Shown here: positions 1 through 10,159 of the stretch, piece after piece
Layout of the letters: each line of letters begins with the position of its first letter
Position numbering within the stretch: position 1 is the stretch's first letter
From: Octopus sinensis
Taxonomy: Eukaryota
Assembly (NCBI RefSeq): GCF_006345805.1
Contig: NC_043006.1
Span: 87,606,001 to 87,670,000, forward strand
Length of the DNA: 64,000 bases
Reading direction: 5' to 3'
Made by a program: the position numbers and the translations under genes
Notes under the pieces: generated by a model
Database searches by the model: none
The model's input: the letters and a program-made list of their open reading frames with translations, nothing else
Told to the model about the DNA's origin: nothing

Positions 1-580
1 CATCTCTTCTCTTCCTCCCATCTCCTCTTTCATGTACTATGCTATTCTCACTCCCCAGTCCTGTTCACTCCAGTAGCCCTCCCCACATCCCTCTATATAC
101 CCAGGTTTTCACCACTCATTGCATTCCCTTCCCACACTCTCTACTCATGCTTCTTTGGCAATGCCCTGCCATTTATACTATGACCTCTGTACCTCAAGAG
201 TATGCCCTGACACTTGCCCCCTCTATATCTTTCTTTTTTTACTCAACCATTTCATTTATGTATTGATCCCTAGTGAGTATGCCCAACACTTTGCCACCAT
301 TTCTCCTATTTCCTCTTGCATATTTGCTGTTTCCCACATTTTCTCTCTCTCTCTCCTTCTCCTGGTCTTCCCTCAGGCTGGGTAACAATGAATCTCCTCT
401 ATAGCACCACACCTGTTTCTGTCCTCATTCTTGATCTCTCTCTCTCTCTCTCTCTCTCTCTGGCCAGGTAACCATGTACAACAAGTCACCTGTTTTTGTC
501 TCTCTTTCTCACTATAACCTTTCATCATCTGACACAAGACCACCTCCTCCAAAGGATTTTTGTCTTGCAAGTTACTTGCT

Positions 581-871
581 GACCCTGCCAGTGCTGATGC
601 CACATAAAAAGCATCCAGTTCACACTGTAAAGTGGTTGGCATTTGAAAGGGCATCCAGCTGTAAAATACCATGCCAAACTGACCTCACTTGTACTGGTGC
701 TACATAAAAAGTGCTCAGTCTGCTCTGCTGGATGGCTTGGATGGCTGGTGTTAGGAAAGGCATTCAGCTGTAAAAACCCTGCCATAACAGTCACAGAAGT
801 CTGGTGCAGGCTCCTGACAAACCATTCAACCCATGCCAACATGGAAGGCAGACAGTAAATGATGATGATGA
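581..871 (+). mobile_element. RTE-3'UTR-type interspersed repeat with (GAT)n tail, diverged
   Basis: GGGCATCCAGCTGT...AACCCATGCCAACATGGAA...GATGATGATG motif shared with >10 copies in this window. Confidence 0.7.
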
Positions 872-1949
872 GAGTCAATGTGAAGCTATAGAAAATGACA
901 ATTACCCAAGAAGTTATACAGTGGAATTGAACCCAGAATCTTGTGGCTGCAAAGTGAACTTCTTAATCACTCATCTATATTCCTAGATATTGAGGAAAAA
1001 CATAAAAATGCAGCAGGAAGTAATGTGACATCTTCTAAAATTATGAAATTACGGATTTGCATATTAGTGGTGTTAAATAAATAAATAAAAATGAAGGCAA
1101 ATGAAAGTACTAACAGTATAAATGCAATAAACATTGGAGTGATTAATTCACATATTAATAGAAACTTCCAGAAGAAAGAACCAAAATAATTGTACTAATA
1201 TAAAAATGGTACAATTTTTGGAGTAACTAATTTATATATTGGTAGAAAGTTCTGAGAAGATGAAAGAAAATAGGCATACCAAAGTAAAAGAAGTGTATTT
1301 TCTTGAGTTACTAATTAATATATTAGCAGAAAAGTCATAGACAAACATAACAGAATCAATAGAGGAATGCAAAGTAATAAATAATTCATATGTTTAGTAA
1401 ATAAAAGGGAAAATAATTATAGAAAACAATCGGAGTTTTTCTTCATCTTCATACATAATTTCAATTTATAGCTGAATTTTCTTGTGGAAAAATAAAATAC
1501 AAAATTTTCATGATGATTATTGAAAATACTTATCAATAACTACATTAAAACAATGATAACATTGGCTAAAATGAACCATAGGTCAAATATTCAATTTTCA
1601 AATATTCATCTTATCACCAAAAAGATAAAAGGAATGGAAGGAGATGTGTACTCTAAAAGCTGCTGTGGAGGTATCCTATTAATGAGAGAAGTAATTCTAA
1701 ATAAAAACCAGTACAAAATAGTGGAATCTTCTTAGCAGATAACAACTCTCTGAAAGTGTCATGATTGAATGCATTATGTCATACTGCAAAATGGTTGATA
1801 GTAGGAAGGATATTGGGGTGTCCCAATAAAGGACCAATTAAAGAAACCCACATATCCTAGAATACCCTTTACCCCAGCTTGTTCATTGGATTCCTGTGAA
1901 AAGCTGAGCAAATAATAATTATAATAATTTATGATAAAGACGCAATGCT

Positions 1950-2680
1950 TCAGATTTGGAGGCAGAGGGCAGTTGATAACATTGGTCCTTGAAAGCAAAT
2001 GACAAAGTAGACTTCAGAAGTATTTGAACTCAGTATATAAAGAGAGAGAACAAAATATTTTGTCCAAAACTTCAACCAATTCACTGTCCTAACAATATCC
2101 TTTCTAATTTTGACACATAACCAGCAATGTTAATGGGAGAGGTTCTTTAATACCACCAACTCCAGTAATTAACTGGTCCTTTATTTTAATGACCCCGGAA
2201 GGATGGCAGAATTTGAACTTAGAACGTAATGAGTTACAAGAAAGACAACAATTTGTCCGACATGCTAAAAAATTCTGCCAGTTTGCAACCTTAACTGCTC
2301 TAATAATATTAATAATCTACTATATAGATTCAAGGCCAGAAATCTCTGAGGAGAGGGTTAATCATTTAAAATCACCCCAGTATTGGAAACTAGAATGACA
2401 AAAGTTAATTTGAACTCAAAACATGAAGTATAACTAGATACTGAAAGGCATTTTTTCCAACACTCTAATGACAACACCAAGACACTGCTCTTAATAGTTG
2501 TTTCTATATTTGGTATAAGGTTAGAAATTTGGTAAGAGAGGGTGGGGAATTACATCAACCCCAGTACTTGACTGGTATTATATTTTACCAAATCCAGAAA
2601 ACAAACTTTGCCTGGATGTATTTGAACTCAGAATGTAAAGAATCAGAACAATATGACAAGGTATTCTATTTGTTGCTTTA
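1950..2680 (-). mobile_element. Degenerate tandem cluster of ~4 tRNA-derived SINEs (ATT-tailed family)
   Basis: Recurrent (A/T)TTTGAAC T(C/T)A(G/A)A motif (B-box GAGTTCAAAT on minus) at ~2020, 2215, 2410, 2620; same family as 44837-45549. Confidence 0.55.
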
Positions 2681-3816
2681 AAGATGATGGTGGTGGTGGT
2701 AGAGAGGGATAAGCAGCAGTAGTGGCAACAGCAGCAGTGGTGGCAACAGCAGCAGTAGTAGTAGCTGTAGTAGTACGAGTAGCAATAGTGTGAGATTGTC
2801 TGGAGATTAATGTTTATGATGTTTTACACACAAATTGATTTTTATTGCTTAAGCAGTAAAGTGGAAGGTGTCAATGATCTTTGCAGTGATTCCTAGACTG
2901 GGGAGATCGATGTGACTGATGAAGATGGATAGAATCCAGGGGGATTCTCTCTATCTTTATCAGTCTGTGTTTGTGGTGACAAACTATTGCACAGAATGTT
3001 TAGTTAAGGTTTCAGTGCTGAGATACAGAAAGGACGATGGAAAAATGAGAAATGTCACATGACTCGCTAGTTAAAAGATGTACAAACTATTATAGCAGTA
3101 GGTGATGGCAGGGAAATGACATGACTTTTATCTACAGGTTTTGAAATACACATATTTATATACACATACACATTGCCTGAAGATCAGAGTGGCATGAAAC
3201 TCAAGCTGCAAGATGAAGATTCATTTTCATCATCCATATATATGAAATGAATTGAGCATTTGTCTCTCATTTGTTCAGTCCCATTCAGTATATAAAATCA
3301 GTGAGATTTAAGTTCCCCTTTGTTGTGAGATGCATGCAGCAGCAAGCTTCCTCCAGTGTGGTTAATCTGTTGCAGTTCTTTGCATGCCAACTGACTGGTA
3401 AGGCATAAAATAAAACCAGCCAGGTTGAAACTGAAGCAGCATCAATGTTTACAGTGGCTGGGATTTGCTTTGCATTTCTTCATTTGTATTTCTATGGTGT
3501 CTGATGACTTTGTAGATTTTCTATAAAACTTAGATAAAACTTAGATATGTTTCGACCAGAGATTGGTCCAGGCCATGTCTAACTTAATAGCACCACCATA
3601 GGAATGTGCATGTGCACATACAGTTACAGAATAGGGCTTTAGTGGTTTTATCATTGTCCTATGACTATGCCAGAGCACCATCTACAAAAGGTTAATGTAA
3701 TCATACCAAATTTATTTTTGCTTGATAATTATTTTATCAATCTATTTATCAACATTTTACTTAATTTTGTTGGCATAAAAATACAATTTAACATACCATT
3801 TTACTCCTGTATAGTT

Positions 3817-3820
<4 letters not shown>

Positions 3821-3855
<35 letters not shown>

Positions 3856-3932
3856 TAGATAGATAGATAGATAGATAGCAGATAGACATGCCACATTCAG
3901 ATTTATATATGCGCGTGTGTGTGTGTGTGTGT
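3821..3932. repeat. Compound (TA)n(GATA)n(GT)n microsatellite
   Basis: Directly visible. Confidence 0.95.
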
Positions 3933-3936
3933 GAAG

Positions 3937-4160
3937 GTGCATTGTGACTTGAGCAAGACACTTTATTTCATGTTGTTCCAGTCCACTCAGCTAGTAAAAC
4001 TGAGTAGTACCTGTATTTCAAAGGGCCAGCTGAGAACATTAAGGGTACACATGTCTGTGGAGGGCTAAGCCACTTGCACGTTAATTTCATGAGCAAGCTA
4101 TTCCATTGATTGTACCAGCTGAGACCCTCATCATCATAACTGATGGAGTGCTCCTTTATA
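3937..4160 (+). mobile_element. SINE fragment with V/Meta-like central domain
   Basis: GTTCCAGTCCACTCAGCT...GAGTAGTACC motif; related sequence in opposite orientation at ~57390-57680; domain name is inference. Confidence 0.45.
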
Positions 4161-4217
4161 TATATATATATATACATATATAGTTGATAGACATGCCACA
4201 CTCAGATGTATATAGGT

Positions 4218-4615
4218 GCAGGAGTGGCTGTGTCTAAGAAGCTTGCTTCACAACCACAGGGTTCTGGTATCAGTCCCACTGCATTGCACTTTGGGCAAGT
4301 GTCTTCTACTATAGCCTCAGGTTAAGCAAAGCCTTGTGAGTGGATTTGGTTAACGGAAACTGAAAGAAGCCTGTCATATATATATGTATGCATTTGTGTG
4401 TCATATATATATGTATCTATTTGTGTGTCTCCCACACCATCACTTGACACTGAAGTTGGTGTTAACACCCCCCATAACTTAGCAGTTCAGCAAAAGAGAC
4501 CGATAGAATAAGTGCTAAGCTTACAAATAATAAGTCCTGGGGTCGATTTGCTCATCTAAAGGCAGTGCTCCAGCATGGCCACAGTCATATGACTGAAACA
4601 AGTAAAAGAATAAAA
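4218..4615 (+). mobile_element. Near full-length tRNA-derived SINE
   Basis: A-box-like TGGCTGTGT and B-box-like GG(T)ATCAGTCCC head, GGGCAAGTGTCTTCTACTATAGCC body, GACTGAAACAAGTAAAAGA tail; matches 45894-46250. Confidence 0.8.
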
Positions 4616-5061
4616 TAACATATATACAGATGTGCACAAACAAACAAAATGAATGCAGCTCCGATAATGGACAGAGTCAATGACTATTGAAGAGGTTGCA
4701 AGAAGCAATGAATATCTTAGAAAAATATAAATAAGTAAATGAGTGGAAATCAAACCAGAGAATGTGTTAATTAATAAGGCATTATAATAGAATGACTCTC
4801 CCCAGACACAATAATATATATATATATACATAATAGAAATATTAAAATTACTAAGTCTCTATAAAAGAGATTACGACAGCGTTTACTGGAAATTAATTGT
4901 TATCGCCATATTAATATGGCATTCTTATAGATATAAGAATAATCGCTGCCGCTGGTCAGCTCCATGAGGCCATCGCCTTAAGATAGCTATTGATACACGA
5001 TCTGTATCCATTATAACCTTCGAACAAGGGAGGTCAGCTGCTTCACACTGCCAGTCTGACA

Positions 5062-5103
5062 GCTACAGACGCGTTTCAGGGTATTGCCCCTTGTCAATGT
5101 AGC
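5062..5103 (-). ncRNA. Type I hammerhead ribozyme motif (U3-A8 variant), minus copy
   Basis: Minus strand GCUACA-UUGACAA-GGGG-CAAUA-CCCU-GAAA-CGCG-UC-UGUAGC; stem II closed by G.U. Confidence 0.7.
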
Positions 5104-5277
5104 GCAGTCTCTATAAATTACTAAGTCTCTATAAACGCTGTCGTAATCTCTTTTATAGAGACTTAGTAATTTTAATATTTCTCTTATTGAAAACAAGTGG
5201 ATGTATTCCACTGAAACTAGGTAAATATAAGCCTTCGAACAGAGACGTCAGTGGCGACACCTGCGGGGTCTGACTGC

Positions 5278-5319
5278 GCTACATTGACAAGAGGCAATAC
5301 CCCGAAACGCGTCTGTAGC
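5278..5319 (+). ncRNA. Type I hammerhead ribozyme motif (U3-A8 variant), plus copy
   Basis: GCUACA-UUGACAA-GAGG-CAAUA-CCCC-GAAA-CGCG-UC-UGUAGC; 6-bp stem I, GUC cleavage triplet ending at 5313, palindromic ACGCGU stem III, one A.C mismatch in stem II. Confidence 0.75.
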
Positions 5320-5496
5320 TGTCGAACTGGCAGTGTGAAGTGGCTGACCTCCCTTGTTCGAAGGTTATAATGGATACAGATCGTGTATCAATAGCTATCT
5401 TAAGGCGGTGGCCTCATGGAGCTGACCAGCGGCAGCGATTATTTTTATATCTATAAGAATGCCATATTAATATGGCGATAACAATTAATTTATTTA

Positions 5497-5742
5497 TCAT
5501 CATCATCATCATCATTTAGCGTCCGTTTTCCATGCTAGCATGGGTTGGACGGTTTAACTGGGGTCTGTGAAGCCGGAAGGCTTCATCAGGCCCAGTCAGA
5601 TTTGGCAGTGTTTCTACGGCTGGATGCCCTTCCTAACGCCAACCACTCCGCGAGTGTAGTGGGTGTTTTTTTACGTGCCACCTGCACAGGTGCCAGACAG
5701 AGCTGGCACAACGGCCACAAACGGATGGTGCTTTTACGTGTC
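5497..5742 (-). mobile_element. RTE-3'UTR-type repeat
   Basis: (CAT)n-TTTAGCGTCCGTTTTCCATGCTAGCATGGGTTGGACGG family signature. Confidence 0.8.
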
Positions 5743-5772
5743 GCAGGATACCAGGGATCACATCTCTTATCT

Positions 5773-7109
5773 GTTTAAATGTACACTGTATTTTTCTATG
5801 AATAATATATAGTCTATTGACTAAATTTTTCCTTCTCGCTAGACCACTGGTAGCAAAGAATTTTTCTATAAATATTTTTTGATACCCTAAGATATTTTAA
5901 TTAATGATAAAAGGTTTTTGGCTAATTTTGAAAGAAAATTGGCAATTTATTTACTGCCGGATAGCTCTGCATTTGCACGGAGAATTCAAAAAATTATAAC
6001 ATATAGACATGAGGCACGTTACTTATCGCCTCGAGTCTATATGTGATCCCTGGTATCCTGCTGACGAAGCAACGCCAGTTGTAAATTAAAATTATTTTAG
6101 CGCCGCACCGACTGGTCTCCGTGCCGGTGGCATGTAAAAAGCACTATCCGTCCGTGGCCGTTTGCCAGCCCTGTCTGGCACCTGTGCGGGTGGCACGTAA
6201 AAAGCACCTACTACACTCACGGAGTGGTTGGCGTTAGGAAGGGCATCCAGCCGTAGAAACACTGGCAGATCAGACTGGGCCTGGTGCAGCCTTCTGGCTT
6301 CCCAGACCCCAGTTGAACCGTCCAACCCATGCTATCATGGAAAGCGGAGGCTAAATGATGATGATGATGATAAGATTGCAGAAACTATGCATAGTCCAGG
6401 AAAAATAGGGTAAATGCTTTTATATTCATTCCCTTTCAGAATTGCAACTATTAGTGGCTTGGAGTTTTAACTGCTCTTTCTAGTGAGTCAGATGTGTTTA
6501 AATGTACACTGTATTTTTCTATGAATAATATATAGTCTATTGACTAAATTTTTCCTTCTCGCTAGACCACTGGTAGCAAAGAATTTTTCTATAAATATTT
6601 TTTGCTACCCTAAGATATTTTAATTAATGATAAAAGGTTTTTGGCTAATTTTGAAAGAAAATCGGCAATTTATTTACTGCCGGATAGCTCTGCATTTGCA
6701 CGGAGGATTCAAAAGATTATAACATATAGACATGAGGTATGTTACTTATCGCCTCGTGTCTATATGTGATCCCTGGTATCTTGCTGACGAAGCAAAACCA
6801 GTTGTAAATTAAAATTATTTTATTTTAATTCATGTAAGATTGCAGAAACTATGCATAGTCCAGGAAAAATAGGGTAAATGCTTTTATTTTTCATTCCCTT
6901 TCAGAATTGCAACTATTAGTGGCTTGGAGTTTTAACTGCTCTTTCTAGTGAGTCAGATGTCCTATTATTAGTCATCTCTTATGTGTTTAAATGTACACTG
7001 TATTTTTCTATGAATAATATATAGTCTATTGACTAAACTTTTCCTTCTTGCTAGACCACTGGTAACAAAGAATTTTTCTATAAATATTTTTTGCTACCCT
7101 AAGATTTTT
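5773..7109. repeat. Local tandem duplication, ~489-bp unit, 2 full + 1 partial copy
   Basis: GTTTAAATGTACACTGTATTTT starts at 5773, 6496, 6985; block 6371-6495 repeated at ~6833-6960. Confidence 0.85.
6100..6370 (+). mobile_element. RTE-3'UTR-type repeat inserted in first tandem unit
   Basis: Family signature ending in (GAT)n; absent from the second unit. Confidence 0.8.
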
Positions 7110-7165
<56 letters not shown>

Positions 7166-7641
7166 CTTTATTTCAAATTTTCAGTACTGGCATGTGTTGG
7201 ACAGTTTTTAAAAAATGGACTGTTACATACTGCTTAAACAAGTAATTTTACAAACAGCTGGGTGTTAAATTTTCTCTCTCCTCACCTGAAACAAAGTCAA
7301 AGTGTAAACTGTTCTTAGCAAGTGAAACTGATGATTCAGGCAGTGTTATGAATTGCTGAGATTTTATTACAATTAGTGTCAGATAGAGAAACAGCTCTAT
7401 TGAACAGACAGACACCATGCCTCGAGAGCTTGTGAGGTAATTACTTTGTCAATTACATAGCAGACAATCGCCATTATGAATAGGTGAAGTGGCAGGAGCT
7501 CTGTAGCTTAATCACTACAGCCTAACAAAGAGCAGAGTTGCTGGTCTTTCAAAGAGTAACATATACGTTTATAAGCATTTTCTCCTGAATGCAAGTGTCT
7601 ATGTTACAGTTCACGTTTTTGTGCAGTAATGTATCTCCGTG

Positions 7642-7805
7642 ACTATACTCATGGAGTGGTTGGCGTTAGGAAGGGCATCCAGCTGTAGAAACACTGCCAG
7701 ATCAGACTGGAGCCTGGTGCAGCCTTCTGGCTTCCCAGATCTCGGTCAAACCATCCAACCCATGTTAGCATGGAAAACGGACGTTAAACGATGATGATGA
7801 TGATG
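7642..7805 (+). mobile_element. RTE-3'UTR-type repeat, 5' truncated
   Basis: GGAGTGGTTGGCGTTAGGAAGGGCATCCAGCTGTAGAAAC...GATGATGAT. Confidence 0.8.
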
Positions 7806-8913
7806 TGTTTTCTGTGAGTTTATATTAAGTATTCACTTGTTTCATTCTGTAAACTGTGACCATGTTAGGGGTCACAGTTTTAGAGATGTTTAACTTGGTC
7901 ATATTAAGCCCAGTAATTATTTTTGTTGGTACTGGATTTGACCATCTCAAAGTTGTGTTTCTCTCTCTACCTACCTTAAGTTTCCAATGAATGTTTTTAG
8001 GTCTGTGTTTGCACATGCATATATATACAAATATGTAATCTAAATTTTGGAGTAAATTATTTAAAGCATCAAATTTACCTCGTTTAATGAACTGGCTAAG
8101 ATGTCTGAATAATTAAGGATCTCTTCACTTATTCTTCCATCTTCGCCATTGAAACAGCAATATCCTCTAGCCAGACTGTCTTTAGGTTGCTGGCTCAACA
8201 GCAGTTGCCTCCAATAATTTATCGGAAATATTTTACAGGTCATTAATCTGAACATCTACATGCTTCTTCAGATAAAAATGAGAAATTACAGATCCTTATA
8301 AACTTCAGTGACCACTGTTTAGTCATTATACTCAATACAAAGTAACAAAAAGTTTTAGGTCCTAAACTATTGATCATCACAATATAATTTGTTATAATCT
8401 TACAAATGCCTGTCACAGTCTACCCAGGCAAGCAAACAAAGATCCTTGAGTACTTCATTGTGTTGTTGTTTAGTCTCCAGTCAAACCTGATTGAACAGAC
8501 ATACAATCAAAGATGTTTCAATCATGACCAGATTGTTTATTTTCCCTAGACAGTGGATCACATTATCTAATCTGTATTGTATTTTTTTAAGAGAACAGAG
8601 TGCAATTTAAGAAAGAGTTTACTGCTATTCTTAACAGCATGAAAAACTATTCTAAGCAAAGAGAATGCTTTCTTGGATTTTATATGTTCAGAGACATGTT
8701 AAGCCTACAGGCTCCAATATGTCTTTATTTAAGACAGTATAATGCCATTTATGGGAAATTTAGTTACCACTTCTAGTAGTCAAGGGATCATTTCATGGCC
8801 CCTCTTATTAAAAATACTTTTAAGAAAATATTTGGAGACTTTTATAGTAACTCAATTAAAAAGATTCATTTGAGGTGAAAGAGGAAGAAAACAGAACTTG
8901 ATAATAGTATATG

Positions 8914-9203
8914 TAAGCAAGGGTCAAGATATTGAAAGGGTATAAGCAAGAGTCAAGAAATTGAAACTGGCCCTGCAAGGGTCAAGATATTGAAGGTAGT
9001 TTAGTGAGGGTAAAATTATTGAAGTTAGGTAAACAAAGGTAAGAGTATTAAAGGTGGGTAAGCAAGAGTTAAAATATTAAAGTTGGGTGAGCAAGAATCA
9101 AGATATCAAAGGTGGGTAAATAGAGATCAAGATATTGAAAGTGAGTAAGCAAGGGTTAAGATACTGAAAGTGGATAAGCAAGAGTGAAGGTATTAAAGGT
9201 GGA
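8914..9203. repeat. Degenerate 29-bp minisatellite, ~10 units
   Basis: Consensus ~TAAGCAAGGGTCAAGATATTGAAAGTGGG; unit starts 8914, 8943, 8972... Confidence 0.8.
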
Positions 9204-9249
9204 TGATCAAACGAAAGTGGACTTAGTGTAAAATCACAAAAATTTTGGG

Positions 9250-10159
9250 ATCCCACTTTCTACAGTTAATAGAGTGACTGTGCAATTCACCAGAGATAGG
9301 AAGGTGTCTGCAACACCTCATCCAGGTCAACTAGGGCCCTCTGACAAGACCCTTCACTTTGTTAAGAGAAGTTTGGAGGATAATCTTCGTTGCAAGGCCT
9401 CTGATATAGTAGAACAAGTTGATGTCAGTCCCAGAACAGCTGTCAGGTATCTCCACAAACTTGACTACTATAGCAGAGCAGCAAGAAGGAAGCCACTTCT
9501 TCAACCAGCTAATATCAAGCAGAGAAAAGATTGGATCAGTGAGACGTTGGAGAGGCCACTAGCATTTTGGGTACTGTTATATTCTCTGATGGGTTCAGAT
9601 TTGCTGTTTTCTGTCAGTGGTTGAGTGTGGGTCTGGAGACACTGTGGTCAAGAATTTGATGTGAAAAAATTGCAGCCAACAATGAAATATGGTATCTATT
9701 CTGTGATGGTCTGGGGAGCAATTTGGAACAATGATCGATCAGATCTAGTGGAGTATGAGGGAAACAAACTCAGATAAATATGCGTCCATATTGCAGAAAG
9801 GACTCCATCCAATCTTCTTCAGTGGTGAAATGATTAAAGAAGACAGTTTATTTATGGAAGATGGAGCTCCTTGTCACATGACTAAAAAGACCCAAGATTG
9901 GTTGGAAGAGAATTGCATTAGAAAGCTCCCATGGCCAAGCCAATCACTAGATATAAATCCTATTGAACACCACTGGGGCATCATGAACAGGACACTTCAT
10001 AAAAAGAACGAGAAAGCATCCTCGCAGCCAGGACTTTTGAGATTACTGCATGAAACTTGGCAAGAAATTCCTCAAGAGAATATTCATCATCTGATCAGTA
10101 TCATGCTTAATAAGGTCCTTGCATTGAAAAATGCAAAGGACATGTCTACTAAATATTAG
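9250..10159 (+). mobile_element. Tc1-family (DD34E) transposase pseudogene, frameshifted
   Basis: SRAARRKPLL, VIFSD (alternate frame), SVMVWGAI, FMEDGAPCH and WPSQSLDINPIE motifs; 34 residues between second D and E; split over several frames; no TIRs recognised. Confidence 0.9.

Larger units (their letters stand above)
4835..5491. mobile_element. Inverted dimer of a hammerhead-containing PLE-pLTR/retrozyme-like element
   Basis: 4890-5109 is the reverse complement of 5272-5491 (8 mismatches in 220); 4835-4885 is the exact reverse complement of 5132-5182; each long arm carries an HHR motif. Confidence 0.75.

Noticed and set aside
4218-4290. tRNA-like heads here and at 45894 and 57280-57346
   Set aside because: SINE heads: A/B-box remnants without a complete cloverleaf, followed by SINE body.
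6061-6090. CTGACGA hammerhead-core-like heptamer
   Set aside because: No stem II, GAAA or cleavage triplet follows.
7417-7436. ACCATG CCT CGA GAG CTT GTG AG|GTAATT (MPRELV), possible first coding exon
   Set aside because: Too short, no downstream exon identified, similarity to the gamma-tubulin start is superficial; needs RNA-seq.
8914-9203. 29-bp repeats resembling a CRISPR array
   Set aside because: Units are contiguous with no unique spacers; eukaryotic context.
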